This document shows, one piece after another, positions 28,921 to 42,186 of a stretch of DNA of 64,000 nt (within the stretch, counting starts at the first letter, position 1; each line of letters opens with the position of its first letter). This stretch comes from Eledone cirrhosa. Taxonomy: Eukaryota. Where the stretch lies: NCBI GenBank assembly GCA_964016885.1, contig OZ024750.1, positions 48,050,001 to 48,114,000 on the forward strand, read 5' to 3'. The translations under genes and the position numbers were made by a program. Under the pieces are notes generated by a model, which saw only the letters and a program-made list of their open reading frames with translations, did no database searches and was not told where the DNA came from.

Positions 28921-29262
28921 ATATATATATATATAGCCATTAAAAGAATAATCTTGCATTCTTCATTGAACCATCATGGCGTACAAAATTAATCCTTCAC
29001 GCATCCATATAACTTTAAGCAGGGTAAATGTTCCTATAAACGAACAACAGTGACGTGTGAAATTTGAAACTAGAAATAGCAGCAAAATCTTCATTATCAT
29101 TCCGTACACCCTGGAGGGAGCAGCAAATTATAGAAAATATTTCAAAAAATGTTCAGAATATACATAACATCTCAATGTAAAGAGTTAGCTAAAGTAAATG
29201 TACTCAGGTGGAGATGCTACTACAGTAATCTAAATGTCTACGATGTAGTATAAGGCCTTCTT

Positions 29263-30234
<972 letters not shown>

Positions 30235-30448
30235 TACGTCTGTATACATATATGTGTGTACGTATACATACATACTTACATTTAAGTATCAGCCGTACTA
30301 AGAGTGAGAAATGAAATTTTGTTTCCTTATTTTACATTAATCGTTTGCGGTGCGCCCGGCCGACTAACTCACTCGATATGCAACTTAGGCTGCTCAGCTC
30401 TTAACATGCATGAGGAAAGTATATACTTTCAGACGTTCAGGAAGGTAT

Positions 30449-30491
30449 ACAATGTTGACGATAGCTAATAAGCTTGAAACTAGTACATTGT
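30449..30491 (+). ncRNA. hammerhead ribozyme variant (UUGACGA core)
   Basis: ACAATG-TTGACGA-TAGCT AATA AGCTT-GAAAC-TA-GTA-CATTGT, inside the direct-repeat unit 30235-30765. Partial antisense copy at about 38139-38170. Confidence 0.75.
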
Positions 30492-30763
30492 TCCTGTTTC
30501 AGTGCTGAACAAAAAGGCGACGTTGGTTTCTGAACACTGTACGGCGTAAGTCGGGCTGTTTGTTTACAAATAAACCGAACATTATAATAAATGTTCAGTA
30601 AATCCATACGTATATATATATATATATATATGTGTGCATATATGTATATATATACATACTACTGTACGTCTGTATACATATATGTATGTACGTATACATA
30701 CATACTTACATTTAAGTATCAGCAGTACTAAGAGTGAGAAATGAAATTTCGTTTCATTCTTTT

Positions 30764-30883
<120 letters not shown>

Positions 30884-31014
30884 ATAAATATATATATATG
30901 TATGTATGTATCAATTAATTACATACATATATACATATATACATATATATATATATATTTATATATATATAATCGATGCATTGAATAGTTAATTATGTAT
31001 GTATGTACGTATGT

Positions 31015-31552
31015 ATGTCGCATGGTCGGGCGACTTAACCGGCAACCCCACCAAGTTTACTTTGTGAGGACAAACATTTTGGACATTCTGCATGACAAAA
31101 CAGAACCTGACAAAGGCAGGAAGAACGCATGAGTCAACGAACATCCAAAAATGTGTAAATATGTATATACATATACACATGTATACATATGTTTATATAT
31201 GCCCGGGGACATAGAAATAATCAGGATGGGTATCCGATCGCATGGTTAAACCACTGGGAGTGATGGTCAACTAGCCATAGTCAGGGCATTCTTCTAGGGG
31301 AAGGGAACTCAGGAAACTGAGATAACTCTGACATAAGACCTGCGGCTCAGTAGTTACCGATGCTGTTGATCTTTTCTTCTTTTCCGGTTATAGCTACTGT
31401 CGCTCAGAGAGTGGGATTGGCTCAGTGCACAGTCCTTCCTCACTTTAAAAAAATGTTTCAAGCACAAGCATTGCACGATAGCCTTAATTGATAATTAGTA
31501 ATAATGTTATAACTTACAATGGCCATACTCGATAACGAGAGGACAGCCATAA
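31015..31552 (+). mobile_element. unclassified interspersed repeat, second copy at 50860-51455
   Basis: Shared blocks GTCGCATGG...GGCAACCCCA, GGTTAAACCACTGGGAGTGA and AGAGTGGGATTGGCTCAGTGCACAGT. Confidence 0.75.
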
Positions 31553-32109
31553 TGTATGTATGGGATGTTAGTATTTAATATAACTTTTCAACTTAGTACA
31601 TCATACTAAAGAAAATTAGAATGCAGAAAAGATATAACATAGCCTCAAGCTTAAACCACTTTAAAGCATTGCGATCCTTTCAATCGGGCATTCCCTCCTA
31701 TAAAATCATTAATGATATGTGTCCATGTGAATGCCTCATTTTCACCTTTTGATCCTTATACAACTTCACTGCGATAATAATTGTTTCAGGTTTAATGTTG
31801 CACTATTAAATCCCTATATAATTATCATAGGAAGCATAATTTATTTTTGATGAACTTCCCCGAGGATATATATTAACGAATATATAGCCATACTCTAAAA
31901 TGACACCACAGCTCCTAAACAAATGTAATATATGAAATATATAAACATGAGAGGAAGTCTTAATTCGTTACCAAAATCGAAGGGAGTCATTCATTTACGG
32001 GTGGAAAGTAAGACCGTTTGTTTTTTCAGTTTCTCAAGATTAATTTTCTCATTCCATAGTGGTGCGTTAGATGTCGGGAAGCCTCGCCATTATTAGATAT
32101 ATTCAACAA

Positions 32110-32496
32110 CGGTTGTTTGGCAGTATCGGTAGAGTATCAGACACCCTACTTTGCAGCATAGAATTATGGCCATTTACGCTCTGGGTTCACATTCGCCGAG
32201 GTTAATTTTGACTTTCATGCTTCTGGGGTCGATAAAATAAAGTACCAGTAACATACTAGGGTAGATTTAATCGACTTTACCGTCCCCCAAAATTACTGGC
32301 CTATACTAGAATGGATTGGCAGTATCGGTAGAGAGTCGGACGCTCGGCTTTGCAGCATAGTTACGTCCCTTTACGGACTGAGTTCAAATCCCGCCGAGGT
32401 TAACTTTGCCTTTCATCCTTACAGGCTCGATAAAATAAAGTACCAGTAATGCACTGGGTAATTGATGGCATTGTGCCAAAAGTAGAAACAATTATT
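32110..32496 (+). mobile_element. two tandem SINE S1 copies
   Basis: TGGCAGTATCGGTAGAG heads at about 32118 and 32317, each followed by a B-box and the central domain. Confidence 0.9.
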
Positions 32497-34380
32497 AGAA
32501 TATTCATGTTTGTTGTGCAACACAAGGACAGATTGTTGTACAAAATATTTGAAATTCCATGTGCTATGAAATTATTCAAATTCAGACAAGGCGCATTGTT
32601 CGTGTTTTATCCCTAATGACATTCACAGGGACACAATACGTGCTTAAAATTCATTAAAATAAAACAACTTGTTTCTTTTTTCAGTGTAATATTGGAGAAT
32701 CTTTTCAAAATCGCACATAGTCCGGTAGCTTATTTATAAGCATATTCTATGACCTATTCAGGGTGGCATGTTGTCTTCTTGAGCAAGATACTTTGTTGTA
32801 CTGTGCTCCAATCGTTTAGCTAGCACAAAGGTGTTGTATATATAATTCAAGCGATCAGCCTTTTCACACATTACGTTTCGCTGAATCTCCCTAAAAACTT
32901 CATTTTAGTTGCATGTCAATTTACTGAGCAGGCAGTTCTGTTGATTGAAGCAAGTGAAACTCTTGTCTAAGCCCAAACCAATAACATGCGTACTATCACT
33001 TGAGTATATGACCATTGGAAACATGAGCAACTTAGTATCACAGCTGATCTTCTTAACATCAATTATAAAACTTAGAATAGGAAACTTTTCATTGCGTGAT
33101 AAAACTATGTATATGAATCTTTAAAGACCATCGATATGATATGAAGAATGTTGTGAGAAAACGTGGCTTGGGAAATAAAGATTTCCTTCCACAATTGTGA
33201 GGTCATTTGCTCGATTCTAGATGACACATTGTTTGTGTGAGAAAGACAGACAGTTTGACAATATGGCATTAGAATCAGGTTGCAAAATTGGTTGTGACTC
33301 TACTTTAAATGTGCAGCCTTGTGAAACTCTTTCATGGCAAATTCATCGAGAACTCCGTAAACATTCCACATATCTTTGGAATGCTCACCAACTTACTTAT
33401 TATTTCATGAGCATATTATTCTGTTAATCAAACACAAAGTGTGACCTTTGTCGTCGAAAGCGACCGAGATCGAGCAAAATGCAGCAGGTAATTTTTTTTT
33501 AGCAAGAAATGTACTGGAATCCAGTTCTATAGATAAGCCTTGATGCATTAGAACTGTACATTTTATTTCTGTTTAACCATACGTCTTTTATTAATGAGAA
33601 GAACTATAATGTATTTCATATATGGCCACCATTCATGATTATACATCTAGGACCGCATTGCCTATTTTACAACTACATTTCTGACAGGGGAGTGTAACAT
33701 TCAAGGGGAATTTCGTTTAATGGTATTAGTAGTTCAAACTATCGTTTATATTCTCCCCGGGTGGGTAATTGATCGCATTTTTTTACATCTTAACATGATG
33801 TAATATTTTAGGAGAAAATACTTAAAAAACAGCTTCAATAAAATATTTATACTATCATTTCTAGTTGGCAGCATTTGGACATATTTACAGTAATACATTA
33901 ATGATCTTATTTACTAATTGTGATTGTTGTTATTTGTTCTTTTAAAAATGATTTGTTAATGTGGTTCAATGTTGTAGAATCAGGTCAAATTTGATGTAGG
34001 ACACCTTTAAGAAACGAAACAAAAATAAAGGATGAAGTTATATATATTTTTCGGTACAATCAGATTCCGGAAATAAAATAGCAGGTTCTAGTTTATCACC
34101 AATGATTTGTCAATCAGTTGTAACGCATTACGTAACCGAATCCAATTAGTGTGAATCAAACGATATACGTGCGATTTTGATAGGTCATTTCTCGCAAATT
34201 CCTCTATGTATTGTGCAAAGTTACTACCATTACATATGATATATTTTAAATGAGTTACATATAATAGTTGAAAACAGGAAATCAAGTCTATATCGAAGAG
34301 TGAGTGGATGGCTGCGTGTGGCGCTGTTAGTATGCGTATTATCTTTCTCTCTCTCGCTCTCTCTCTCTATAGATATATAG

Positions 34381-34454
<74 letters not shown>

Positions 34455-34457
<3 letters not shown>

Positions 34458-34758
34458 AATGAATATATGATAGGGATAAACACTAATACAAGTATATAGG
34501 TGTTTGTATTGCAAATGACCAAGTTTTGAAATTTAAATGTGTCCGGGTATCACGGCTATTGCCAATATAGGTTTGTTTTTATTGATTTATTATTTTAAAT
34601 CGAGACAGGCAAACTGTAATAATTTAATCAGTATTTTTCAATCTAGCTAACTTGTTCATTTGCAATACAAACACTTATATACTTGATTTAGTGTTTATCC
34701 CTATCATATATTCATTTGTATTACACGTCTCAGAAATATCCCTTTCTTTGAGCTATTT
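34455..34758 (+). mobile_element. fold-back element with tail; relatives at 12801-12920 and 50555-50727
   Basis: Arms at 34455-34525 and 34647-34720. The tail TTACACG..TCAGAAATA..CTTTCTTTGAGCTATTT is shared with the relatives. Confidence 0.8.
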
Positions 34759-34765
34759 AATTCGG

Positions 34766-34820
34766 ACTGCCTGAAGAGGTCACAGCCAAAGATGTCTGTC
34801 ACCGATATATAGATAGCAGT
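34766..34820 (+). ncRNA. hammerhead-like motif; copies at 37617-37671 (-) and 37755-37809 (+)
   Basis: ACTGC-CTGAAGA-GGTCACAGCC...GTCTGTCACC-GATA-...TA-GCAGT. Stems I and II pair, but the GAAA box is altered. Confidence 0.6.
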
Positions 34821-34858
34821 AATAAACGAAGCCAAATTCGACTTATTTATTTTATTGA

Positions 34859-34892
<34 letters not shown>

Positions 34893-34900
<8 letters not shown>

Positions 34901-37532
34901 TAAAATAACAGATTAAAGTTTAAGCAAAGAATCGCTGATTTCACCCTTAACGGGATCTTCTGAAACTAACAAAGTCAATCTGTAAACGCAGAACTGGATA
35001 TTTTAAAAAACGTTGCAACCGGAGGAAGGCAGGAAGACGATACTTTGGTTCGTGGTAACGTTCGCTGGCAAAGAACGGGAAAAAAACGAATAATACGTCA
35101 TTAATAGGAGCGGTGAAAAACAATTACGCGCAAAGACAGAACCACATTTATGGTATAAAAGAGGTCGTAGGCTAATGTTCTCTTAGGTGGTGCATAGAGA
35201 CGTTCTCTGGCAATGAACGAAAAAACGAAGATAATAAGTCATATGTGAAGCGTGGAGAACACTAGCACGCAAAGACAAAATCACGTAAGTATTGGCCTTT
35301 TCCTTCTTTTCTCTCTCAAGGACGAATTCCCCAACGCGGGCGGTGGTTTGTACCGTGACGATGGTCTTTTGACCATGACTAAGTGCAGGCCTCGTGCTTG
35401 CGACAGGTTCAGAAAAGAACTCACAGCCTTCTTTAAAGGCTTCAACCTCTCTATACAGGTTGAGGCCAATCTCTCGGTCGTTAATTACCTCGACGTTACC
35501 CTCAATTTATTGAATGGGTTTTATTACCCGTATAGAAAGCCGAATGATACGCTTAATTACATAAGTAAGCATTCCAACCATCCTGCCAGCATAACCAAGA
35601 ACCTGGTAAGAAACGTTTCGTTGAGGCTTTCCCGTCTTTCCACCAACGAGCGCATTTTCAACGACCATTCCACTTATTACAATGAAGCTCTTGCTCGAAG
35701 TGGATTCGTCGATAAGGTAGCATATACTGAGTACGAAAATAGACCTAGAAGAAATAGATCCCGTCGCATTTGTTGGTTTAACCCACCATATAATATGGAG
35801 GTGGCCACACCATTAGCTAAGATCTTTCTTTCCCTTATTACGAAGCATTTTCCCCATACACATAAATATAGTAAAATTTTTAATAGAAATACTATTAAAA
35901 TTTCTTACTCTACGACTCCTAACCTTGCACATAACATCACAGCTTCAAATGTAGCTAAACTACCTAGCCGTAGGAACACGTACAACCCTGTAGTTAGTAC
36001 TAACTGTAATTGTAGGAATCGGGCTGACTGCCCCCTATCCGGGAAATGCCTCTCTAGTAACATTGTCTACAAATGTAAGGTTGTAACACCCACGTCCCGT
36101 AGGGCCTACATAGGGTTAACCGCCGATAGTTTCAAGCAGCGTCTTTACATGCATACCCATTCTTTTCGTTACCCTCTAAGAAGGAATATGACGTCACTTT
36201 CAGCTTATATCTGGAGTCTAAAAGACAACCACAACCAATATAAGTTACACTGGGAGATACTAGCTAGGGCTAGATCGTATAACGGAAATAAAAGACCATG
36301 TGACCTCTGCGCCGCTAAGGCCCTGGAAATACTCTACGCCACAGACCACATCTTAAACAAAAAATCTGAGGCAATTTCGGCTTGTAAACATAAATTGCAC
36401 AAAACTTTCCTGTATTACAGCCCCACGTTATACCCTAACGGATAGCACGATCTAAACGTGGATATTTTACGTCTTGATGTGGGAGCTAAGTATATGTTTG
36501 TTTATTCCTTTACTTATTTGCATAGGTAAGTATATATTACCCGTATGTTTTGTGAAGGTATGTATACCTTCTCGTACGTATATTTGACTGTTATGGCGTA
36601 TAAGTTTTACATATTCTGGTATTTAGGGTTTGGCTATGTGAATACGGGTGTTTTGCGTCTGCGTGAGTATGCAGGTTCGTACGTATGGTTGGTGTGTGTA
36701 TATGTGTACTTCTTGTTTTAGTTGACTTACGTCTCCGAACATTCGTCTATTTATATGTAGGTATGCGTGTGCGCTTGTTATATACGTATTTATTTATTTA
36801 TATACGTTTATATACTTATTTATTTATTTGTACACAAGCATACACACACACACATATTTATATGTGCGTGGTTTTGTATACCTATGGTAAGGTTATGCGT
36901 ATGTTTGTGTATGTACGTATCTGTTTGCGTGTATTTATTTATTTGTTTATATTACTTCTCTATTGTATTTATTTACTTTGTTCTTAACTCTGTAGCGGAG
37001 ATTCATTTGGTCTCCTAGTTAGAATTTTAGTCTACGACTTCTGCTTACCATTTACGTGATTTTGTCTTTGCGTGCTATTGTACTCCACGCTTCACATATG
37101 ACTTATTATCTACGTGTTTTCGTTCATTGCCAGAGATCGTCTCTATGCACCACCTAAGAGAACATTAGCCTACGACCTCTTTTATACCATAAACGTGGTT
37201 CTGTCTTTGCGCGTAATTGTTTTTTCACCGTTCCTATTAATGACGTATTATTCGTTTTTTCCCGTTCATTGCCAGCGAACGTTACCACGAACCAAAGTAT
37301 CGTCTTCCTGTCTTCCTCCGGTTGCAACGTTTTTTGAAATATCCAGTTCTGCGTTTACAGATTGACTTTGTTAGTTTCAGAAGATCCCGTTAAGGGTGAA
37401 AGCAGCGATTCTTTGCTTACACTTTAATCTGTTATTTTATTAAATATTTGCTCTACGGTTCTTATATATTTGATATATATTTTCGTTATCGAGCCCTCTT
37501 TGGATTTTAGTCATCAATGTTATTATTATTAC
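34893..37532 (+). mobile_element. 5'-truncated Penelope-like element with inverted 5' pLTR (Hydra-clade-like)
   Basis: 34893-35287 is the reverse complement of 37052-37447. Unique 3' tail at 37448-37532, inserted in (TA)n, with an intact partial ORF. Confidence 0.93.
35300..36445 (+). CDS. PLE RT C-terminal half plus GIY-YIG endonuclease (5'-truncated)
   Basis: YRDD catalytic motif, VNYLDVTLNL, YRKPN, SNHP, WFNPPY, CNCRNRADC linker and NIVY...AYIGLT...FKQR (GIY-YIG). No internal stops. Confidence 0.93.
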   Translation, partial: FLLFSLKDEFPNAGGGLYRDDGLLTMTKCRPRACDRFRKELTAFFKGFNLSIQVEANLSVVNYLDVTLNLLNGFYYPYRKPNDTLNYISKHSNHPASITKNLVRNVSLRLSRLSTNERIFNDHSTYYNEALARSGFVDKVAYTEYENRPRRNRSRRICWFNPPYNMEVATPLAKIFLSLITKHFPHTHKYSKIFNRNTIKISYSTTPNLAHNITASNVAKLPSRRNTYNPVVSTNCNCRNRADCPLSGKCLSSNIVYKCKVVTPTSRRAYIGLTADSFKQRLYMHTHSFRYPLRRNMTSLSAYIWSLKDNHNQYKLHWEILARARSYNGNKRPCDLCAAKALEILYATDHILNKKSEAISACKHKLHKTFLYYSPTLYPNG

Positions 37533-37571
37533 TAATATATATACATATATATATATACATATATACATATA

Positions 37572-37830
37572 TATTTATTCAATAAAATAAATAAGTCAAA
37601 TTTGGCTTCGTTTATTACTGCTATATATATATCGGTGACAGCCATCTTTGGCTGTGACCTCTTCAGGCAGTCCGAATTAGTGTGGTAAAGTCGAGTACAC
37701 AAGTTGTTGAGGTGTTTAACTTTATCAATACTCGACTCTACCACACCAAATCGGACTGCCTGAAAAGGTCACAGCTAAAGATGGCTGTCACCAAAATATA
37801 TATAGCAGTAATAAACGAAGCCAAATTTTA
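37572..37830. repeat. fold-back element with two opposed HHR-like motifs
   Basis: 37599-37677 is inverted against 37749-37826. Same family as 34760-34862. Confidence 0.85.
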
Positions 37831-37902
37831 AAACTTTGAGGTATTTATTTTATTTTATATTACTCCGGAGTAACCCAACCAAATGTATGCAGATGTACAG
37901 TA

Positions 37903-37987
<85 letters not shown>

Positions 37988-38354
37988 TGCACACATATAT
38001 ATATATATATATGTACGTATGGATTCCCCGAACATTTATTATAGTGCTCGGTGTGTTTGTAAACAAACATCCCGAATTAATCCGTACAGTGTCTAGCAAC
38101 CATCGTTGCTCATTTGTTCAACACTGACAAAGGAACGCTGTACTAGTTTCAAGCTTATTAGCTATCGTCATGTGCATGTATGCATATATATATATATATA
38201 TATATACATACTACTGTACGTCTGTATACATATATGTATGTACGTATACATACTTATATATATATATATATATATATAAGAGACTACTCTGAGACTACTC
38301 TGAGTTTCTAACTCACAATATATATATATATATTTATATAAGAGTGAATGTGTG

Positions 38355-38396
<42 letters not shown>

Positions 38397-38618
38397 TGTG
38401 TGTAGGTGTATGTATATAATTAGTGACGTACTATTAGTGTATGATCAAGATATTATGTTACGACAAATTCTTGGATAAATGTAGCGGTTGATTTTCATCA
38501 AGTGTCCAGTCATAGTTCAAGATATGTCACTATTCCTATCACCCCTGGAGGGGGAGACACGTTTACATGAAATGAACACTATTTTAATACCCTAATAAAC
38601 AAAATAGATACTACTAAT

Positions 38619-38649
<31 letters not shown>

Positions 38650-39779
38650 AATATATATAGAGAGAGAGTGAGGGAGAAAAAGAGAGAGGGAGAGAGAAAG
38701 AGTGAGAGAGTGACATCTCAGGTTGGACAGTGGAATGTTGCCTTTCAAGCAACCAGCATTTCTTTTAAGTCACGCTGTGAAGATAAGGACGTTTTAATGT
38801 CCACTACCACATGGCAGCCCATGAAGACAAAAGTCTTCAAATGAATGGAGACTTGCAATGCCACCACCACATTATGAATCAATGTCATTCATTTCAGTAC
38901 AATGCAATTTAGCCTAAGATATCTATCTACAAGTAAGCTTCTGTAAACATTGAATCTATCAAACCGGTCTTTATATATATTCTCCTAAAACGTTTACAAA
39001 CACTTTTTTTTTATGAATAATCTCTTGAATCATTACAGATACTCGCTTTTATATATAATTTCTACATAACTCTACAATGTTATGGTTGAACCATTGTCAT
39101 ACATTTTCTGTCAGATCTTCACTTTTCAGCATTCCAATTTTGATTCCAATATTCCTTATATAATTCTAATTTTCGTTCTGATAATGATTAATAAAAATAA
39201 TATATTCTTGCTTTCTGGGCAATAGAAAATCTATACATGTTTCTGCTATGCACGTTGTGATGACAAAGAAATCGCTGACATTTTAGAAAAACATTTAAAC
39301 AATTCTTCGATTTGACATACATCATATTTAATAACTTGGAAATGAGTAGCATTCAATTCGATAAGGTTTTTATATATTTTTATTTACTCCTTTCCTACTA
39401 TTCTTTGCTTTATGTTCAGCACCGCATCATAATACGCAATGTTGACGCTGCTAGGAAGAATGAATGATAAAATATACAAAGAAATATATGGCATAATTTG
39501 TATATTTGTTCTAATTATTCTCGATGTTTATATTTGCCGGTGGTAGATTGAGTGAAATAATTCGTAGTCGGACGAAACATTTAGTGATTGTGTTGGCTCT
39601 TTATTTTGTGATTTCAAATTCAACCTGGATCAGATGTGCCTCTTTTTATTTCAGGGTCAATAAAATATAATACCACACAAATTATGGGTTTAAATTAATC
39701 GATTTTTCCTTCACTTTAACTCCCTTGCCTTGTGGTTAAATATGATACGACAATGCTAATACTTTATCCTACTTTGTTT

Positions 39780-39828
<49 letters not shown>

Positions 39829-39956
39829 ATATCCACGGTTTATTGTGGGGGTTATTCTGCATGAAGAACTCAATATAATCCAGATGTTGAAAATGTTGTA
39901 GGTTAAAATATATCCCGGAAAACAATAAAACATCAACAGGAAAACAGAGTCACGAT

Positions 39957-40308
39957 ATAAGTTAAAACAATGAAACAAAAATTCAAGTCATTAGAAATAT
40001 ACTTCACTGCTTTACGATCGTTTCTAGGTGATAATAATACATCGTACGTATATTTCGTTATCGAACTATGTGGGGTTTGTTACAAAATATCAGATAAGGA
40101 ATATATGTACTTACATGTATATCATCAGCCGTTGTCAACGGCTGATTAATATACATGTAAGTAGATATATTACTTATCTGACGTTTTGTAACAAACCCTA
40201 CATAGTTCGATAACGAAATATGCGTACGATGTATTATTATCACCTAGAAACGATCGTAAACAGTGAAGTACATTTCTAGTGTCTTGACTTTTTATTTCGT
40301 TGTTTTAA

Positions 40309-40312
<4 letters not shown>
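39957..40312. repeat. fold-back element with a tail at 39823-39956
   Basis: CTTCACTGCTTTACGATCGTTTCTAGGTGATAATAATACATCGTACG is mirrored at 40223-40270 and contains GAAAC-GATC-GTA. Confidence 0.9.
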
Positions 40313-40377
<65 letters not shown>

Positions 40378-40380
40378 TTA

Positions 40381-41052
40381 TTAGAATTGGTGCTCTGAAA
40401 TAGCGATATATATATATGAATGTATATATAGTGTATTTTGCAATACACTGTATGCTTAAAACCATTTCGAAGACATTACGCTATTGTTTTAGAGTAGTGA
40501 CAGTCTCACTTACTTCAACCGTTCTGTATAATCAGTTCCTGATTATTACTAGAATTCTATAAGAATCAAACATTCATGATTTTCAGCAAACAGGTGGGGT
40601 ACTTGCCTTTGATAAGTACCAATCAGTACGAAACAGAGCTCTGTCAGCTTTATCTTCCCTGTTTGCTGAACATTTAAAGTAAGTGAGACTGTCACTACTC
40701 TAAAACAATAGCGTAAGGTCTTCGAAATGCTTTTAATTAAGCAGACAGTGTATTGAAAAATACACTATATATATACAGTCAACTATATATTGCTATTTCA
40801 GAGCACCAATTCTAATTTTCAATTTCTGCTCGTCCGGCAACCGCTCTGTATAATCAGTTCCTGATTATTACTAGAATTCTATAAGTATCAAACATTCATG
40901 ATTTTCAGCAAACAGGTGGGGTACTTGCCTTTGATATGTACCAATCAGTACGAAACAGAGCTTTGTCAGCTTTATCTCCCCTCTTTGGTGAACATTTAAA
41001 GTAAGTTAGTCTGTCACTACTCTAAAACAATAGCGTAAGGTCTTCAAAATGC
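40381..41052 (+). mobile_element. inverted arm plus tandem 322-bp HHR-like units
   Basis: 40381-40516 is inverted against 40678-40815, and 40516-40731 repeats at 40838-41052. Each unit has TTGATA(A/T)-GTAC CAATCA GTAC-GAAAC AGAGCT(C/T)T GTC. Confidence 0.8.
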
Positions 41053-41081
41053 TTATTTATATATATATATATATTATATAT

Positions 41082-41262
41082 GGCTTCTACAGGTCTAGAA
41101 CTTATTCATTCGGAAGAACTCTTCAGGAACCTTTCCTGGTGATACATCTCGAATGAAAAAGTTCTAATCCTGTAGATGCTATTTCTATATTGGACATTGG
41201 ATATACTACACTTAACTATTGAATACTTCACTTACTCTGGTTACCCCCGATTGTACCCGGGA
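41082..41262 (+). mobile_element. family B micro-element with head-to-head degenerate HHRs and tail
   Basis: GGCTTCTACAGG...CTCTTCAGGAA is inverted against TTCCTGGTGA...GAATGAAA...CCTGTAGATGC, followed by the family B tail. Confidence 0.7.
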
Positions 41263-41337
41263 CACACACACACATATACACACACGCACGCACACACACA
41301 CGCACACACACGCGCACTTACACACACATATATGTAT

Positions 41338-41607
41338 AGAGTTGTTCCACAATAGTTAGTACACCATACCGAGAACAAATGTCTCACCTTATACCGGTCC
41401 TCAGCTCTGTGCTGAGGATCCGAATAAGGTAAAACATTTGTTCGCAGTATGGTGAACTAACTGTTGTGGAACTACTTCTACCAAAACTCGTCCCATATAA
41501 TGGTAGAACACTGGAAGGTAATATCCGTAGTGATATTACGACTTGAGGATCCGCTAAGGTGAAACAATTGTTCTCGGTATGGTCAACTAACTGTTGTGTA
41601 ACCACTT

Positions 41608-41608
<1 letters not shown>
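41338..41608 (+). mobile_element. fold-back plus tandem units of about 130 bp with HHR-like motifs
   Basis: Hairpin at 41338-41480, and 41413-41479 repeats at 41544-41608. Motif (C/T)TGAGGA-TCC..GGT-(G/A)AAAC-A(A/T)TT-GTT. Confidence 0.75.
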
Positions 41609-41639
<31 letters not shown>

Positions 41640-41647
<8 letters not shown>

Positions 41648-41950
41648 TTTCTGAATATTTTTAGCAAGATTATTTATCTGAAAACGTGTGTTGAAACCGA
41701 TATTATTATAATTTGGTAGGGTCATATTGCCAATAACAAACACACGCGTGAGTAGCTTTCACTACAATTTATTATAAATTAAATTTATAAATTTAAGAAT
41801 TTATAAATTTCCGGTTGGTTGGTTCCACAAGCGGACGGTTCTTCATATATTGTCAAAGTTCTTTCGTCACACATTGTGTGACCTCTTCAGTGACTGGAGA
41901 TTCTTCTCTTGGCTTTGTGCCTCTCTTTTCTTCTCTCCTACGCCATCTTG
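41640..41950 (-). mobile_element. family C pLTR with an HHR at about 41851-41895
   Basis: Minus strand reads GTCA-CTGAAGA-GGTCACAC AAT GTGTGAC-GAAA-GAAC-TT-TGAC. Confidence 0.8.
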
Positions 41951-41967
41951 TTTTATATATATATATA

Positions 41968-42186
41968 GGGCGGTGGATTGGCAGTATCGTGAGAGGGCCG
42001 GACGCCATGCTTTGCAGCTTTGAGTTACGGCCCTTTATGATCTGAGTTCAAATCGCGCCGAGGTTAAATTTGCCTTTGATCCATACGGAGTCTATAAAAT
42101 AAAGTACCACTCACGCACTGTGGTCGATTTGATGGACTTTCCCCGCCCCCAAAATTGCTGGCCTTGTGCCTATATAAGAAACAACA
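41968..42186 (+). mobile_element. full-length SINE S1
   Basis: GGGCGGTGGATTGGCAGTATCG head, GAGTTCAAATC B-box, central domain and 3' end. Confidence 0.9.

Noticed and set aside
35252-35299. N-terminal residues of the 397-aa ORF
   Set aside because: They derive from the inverted pLTR arm and a GTG start. The real element is 5'-truncated within the RT.
41968-42060. tRNA gene
   Set aside because: The A/B boxes belong to a multi-copy SINE head. There is no cloverleaf or tRNA 3' end.
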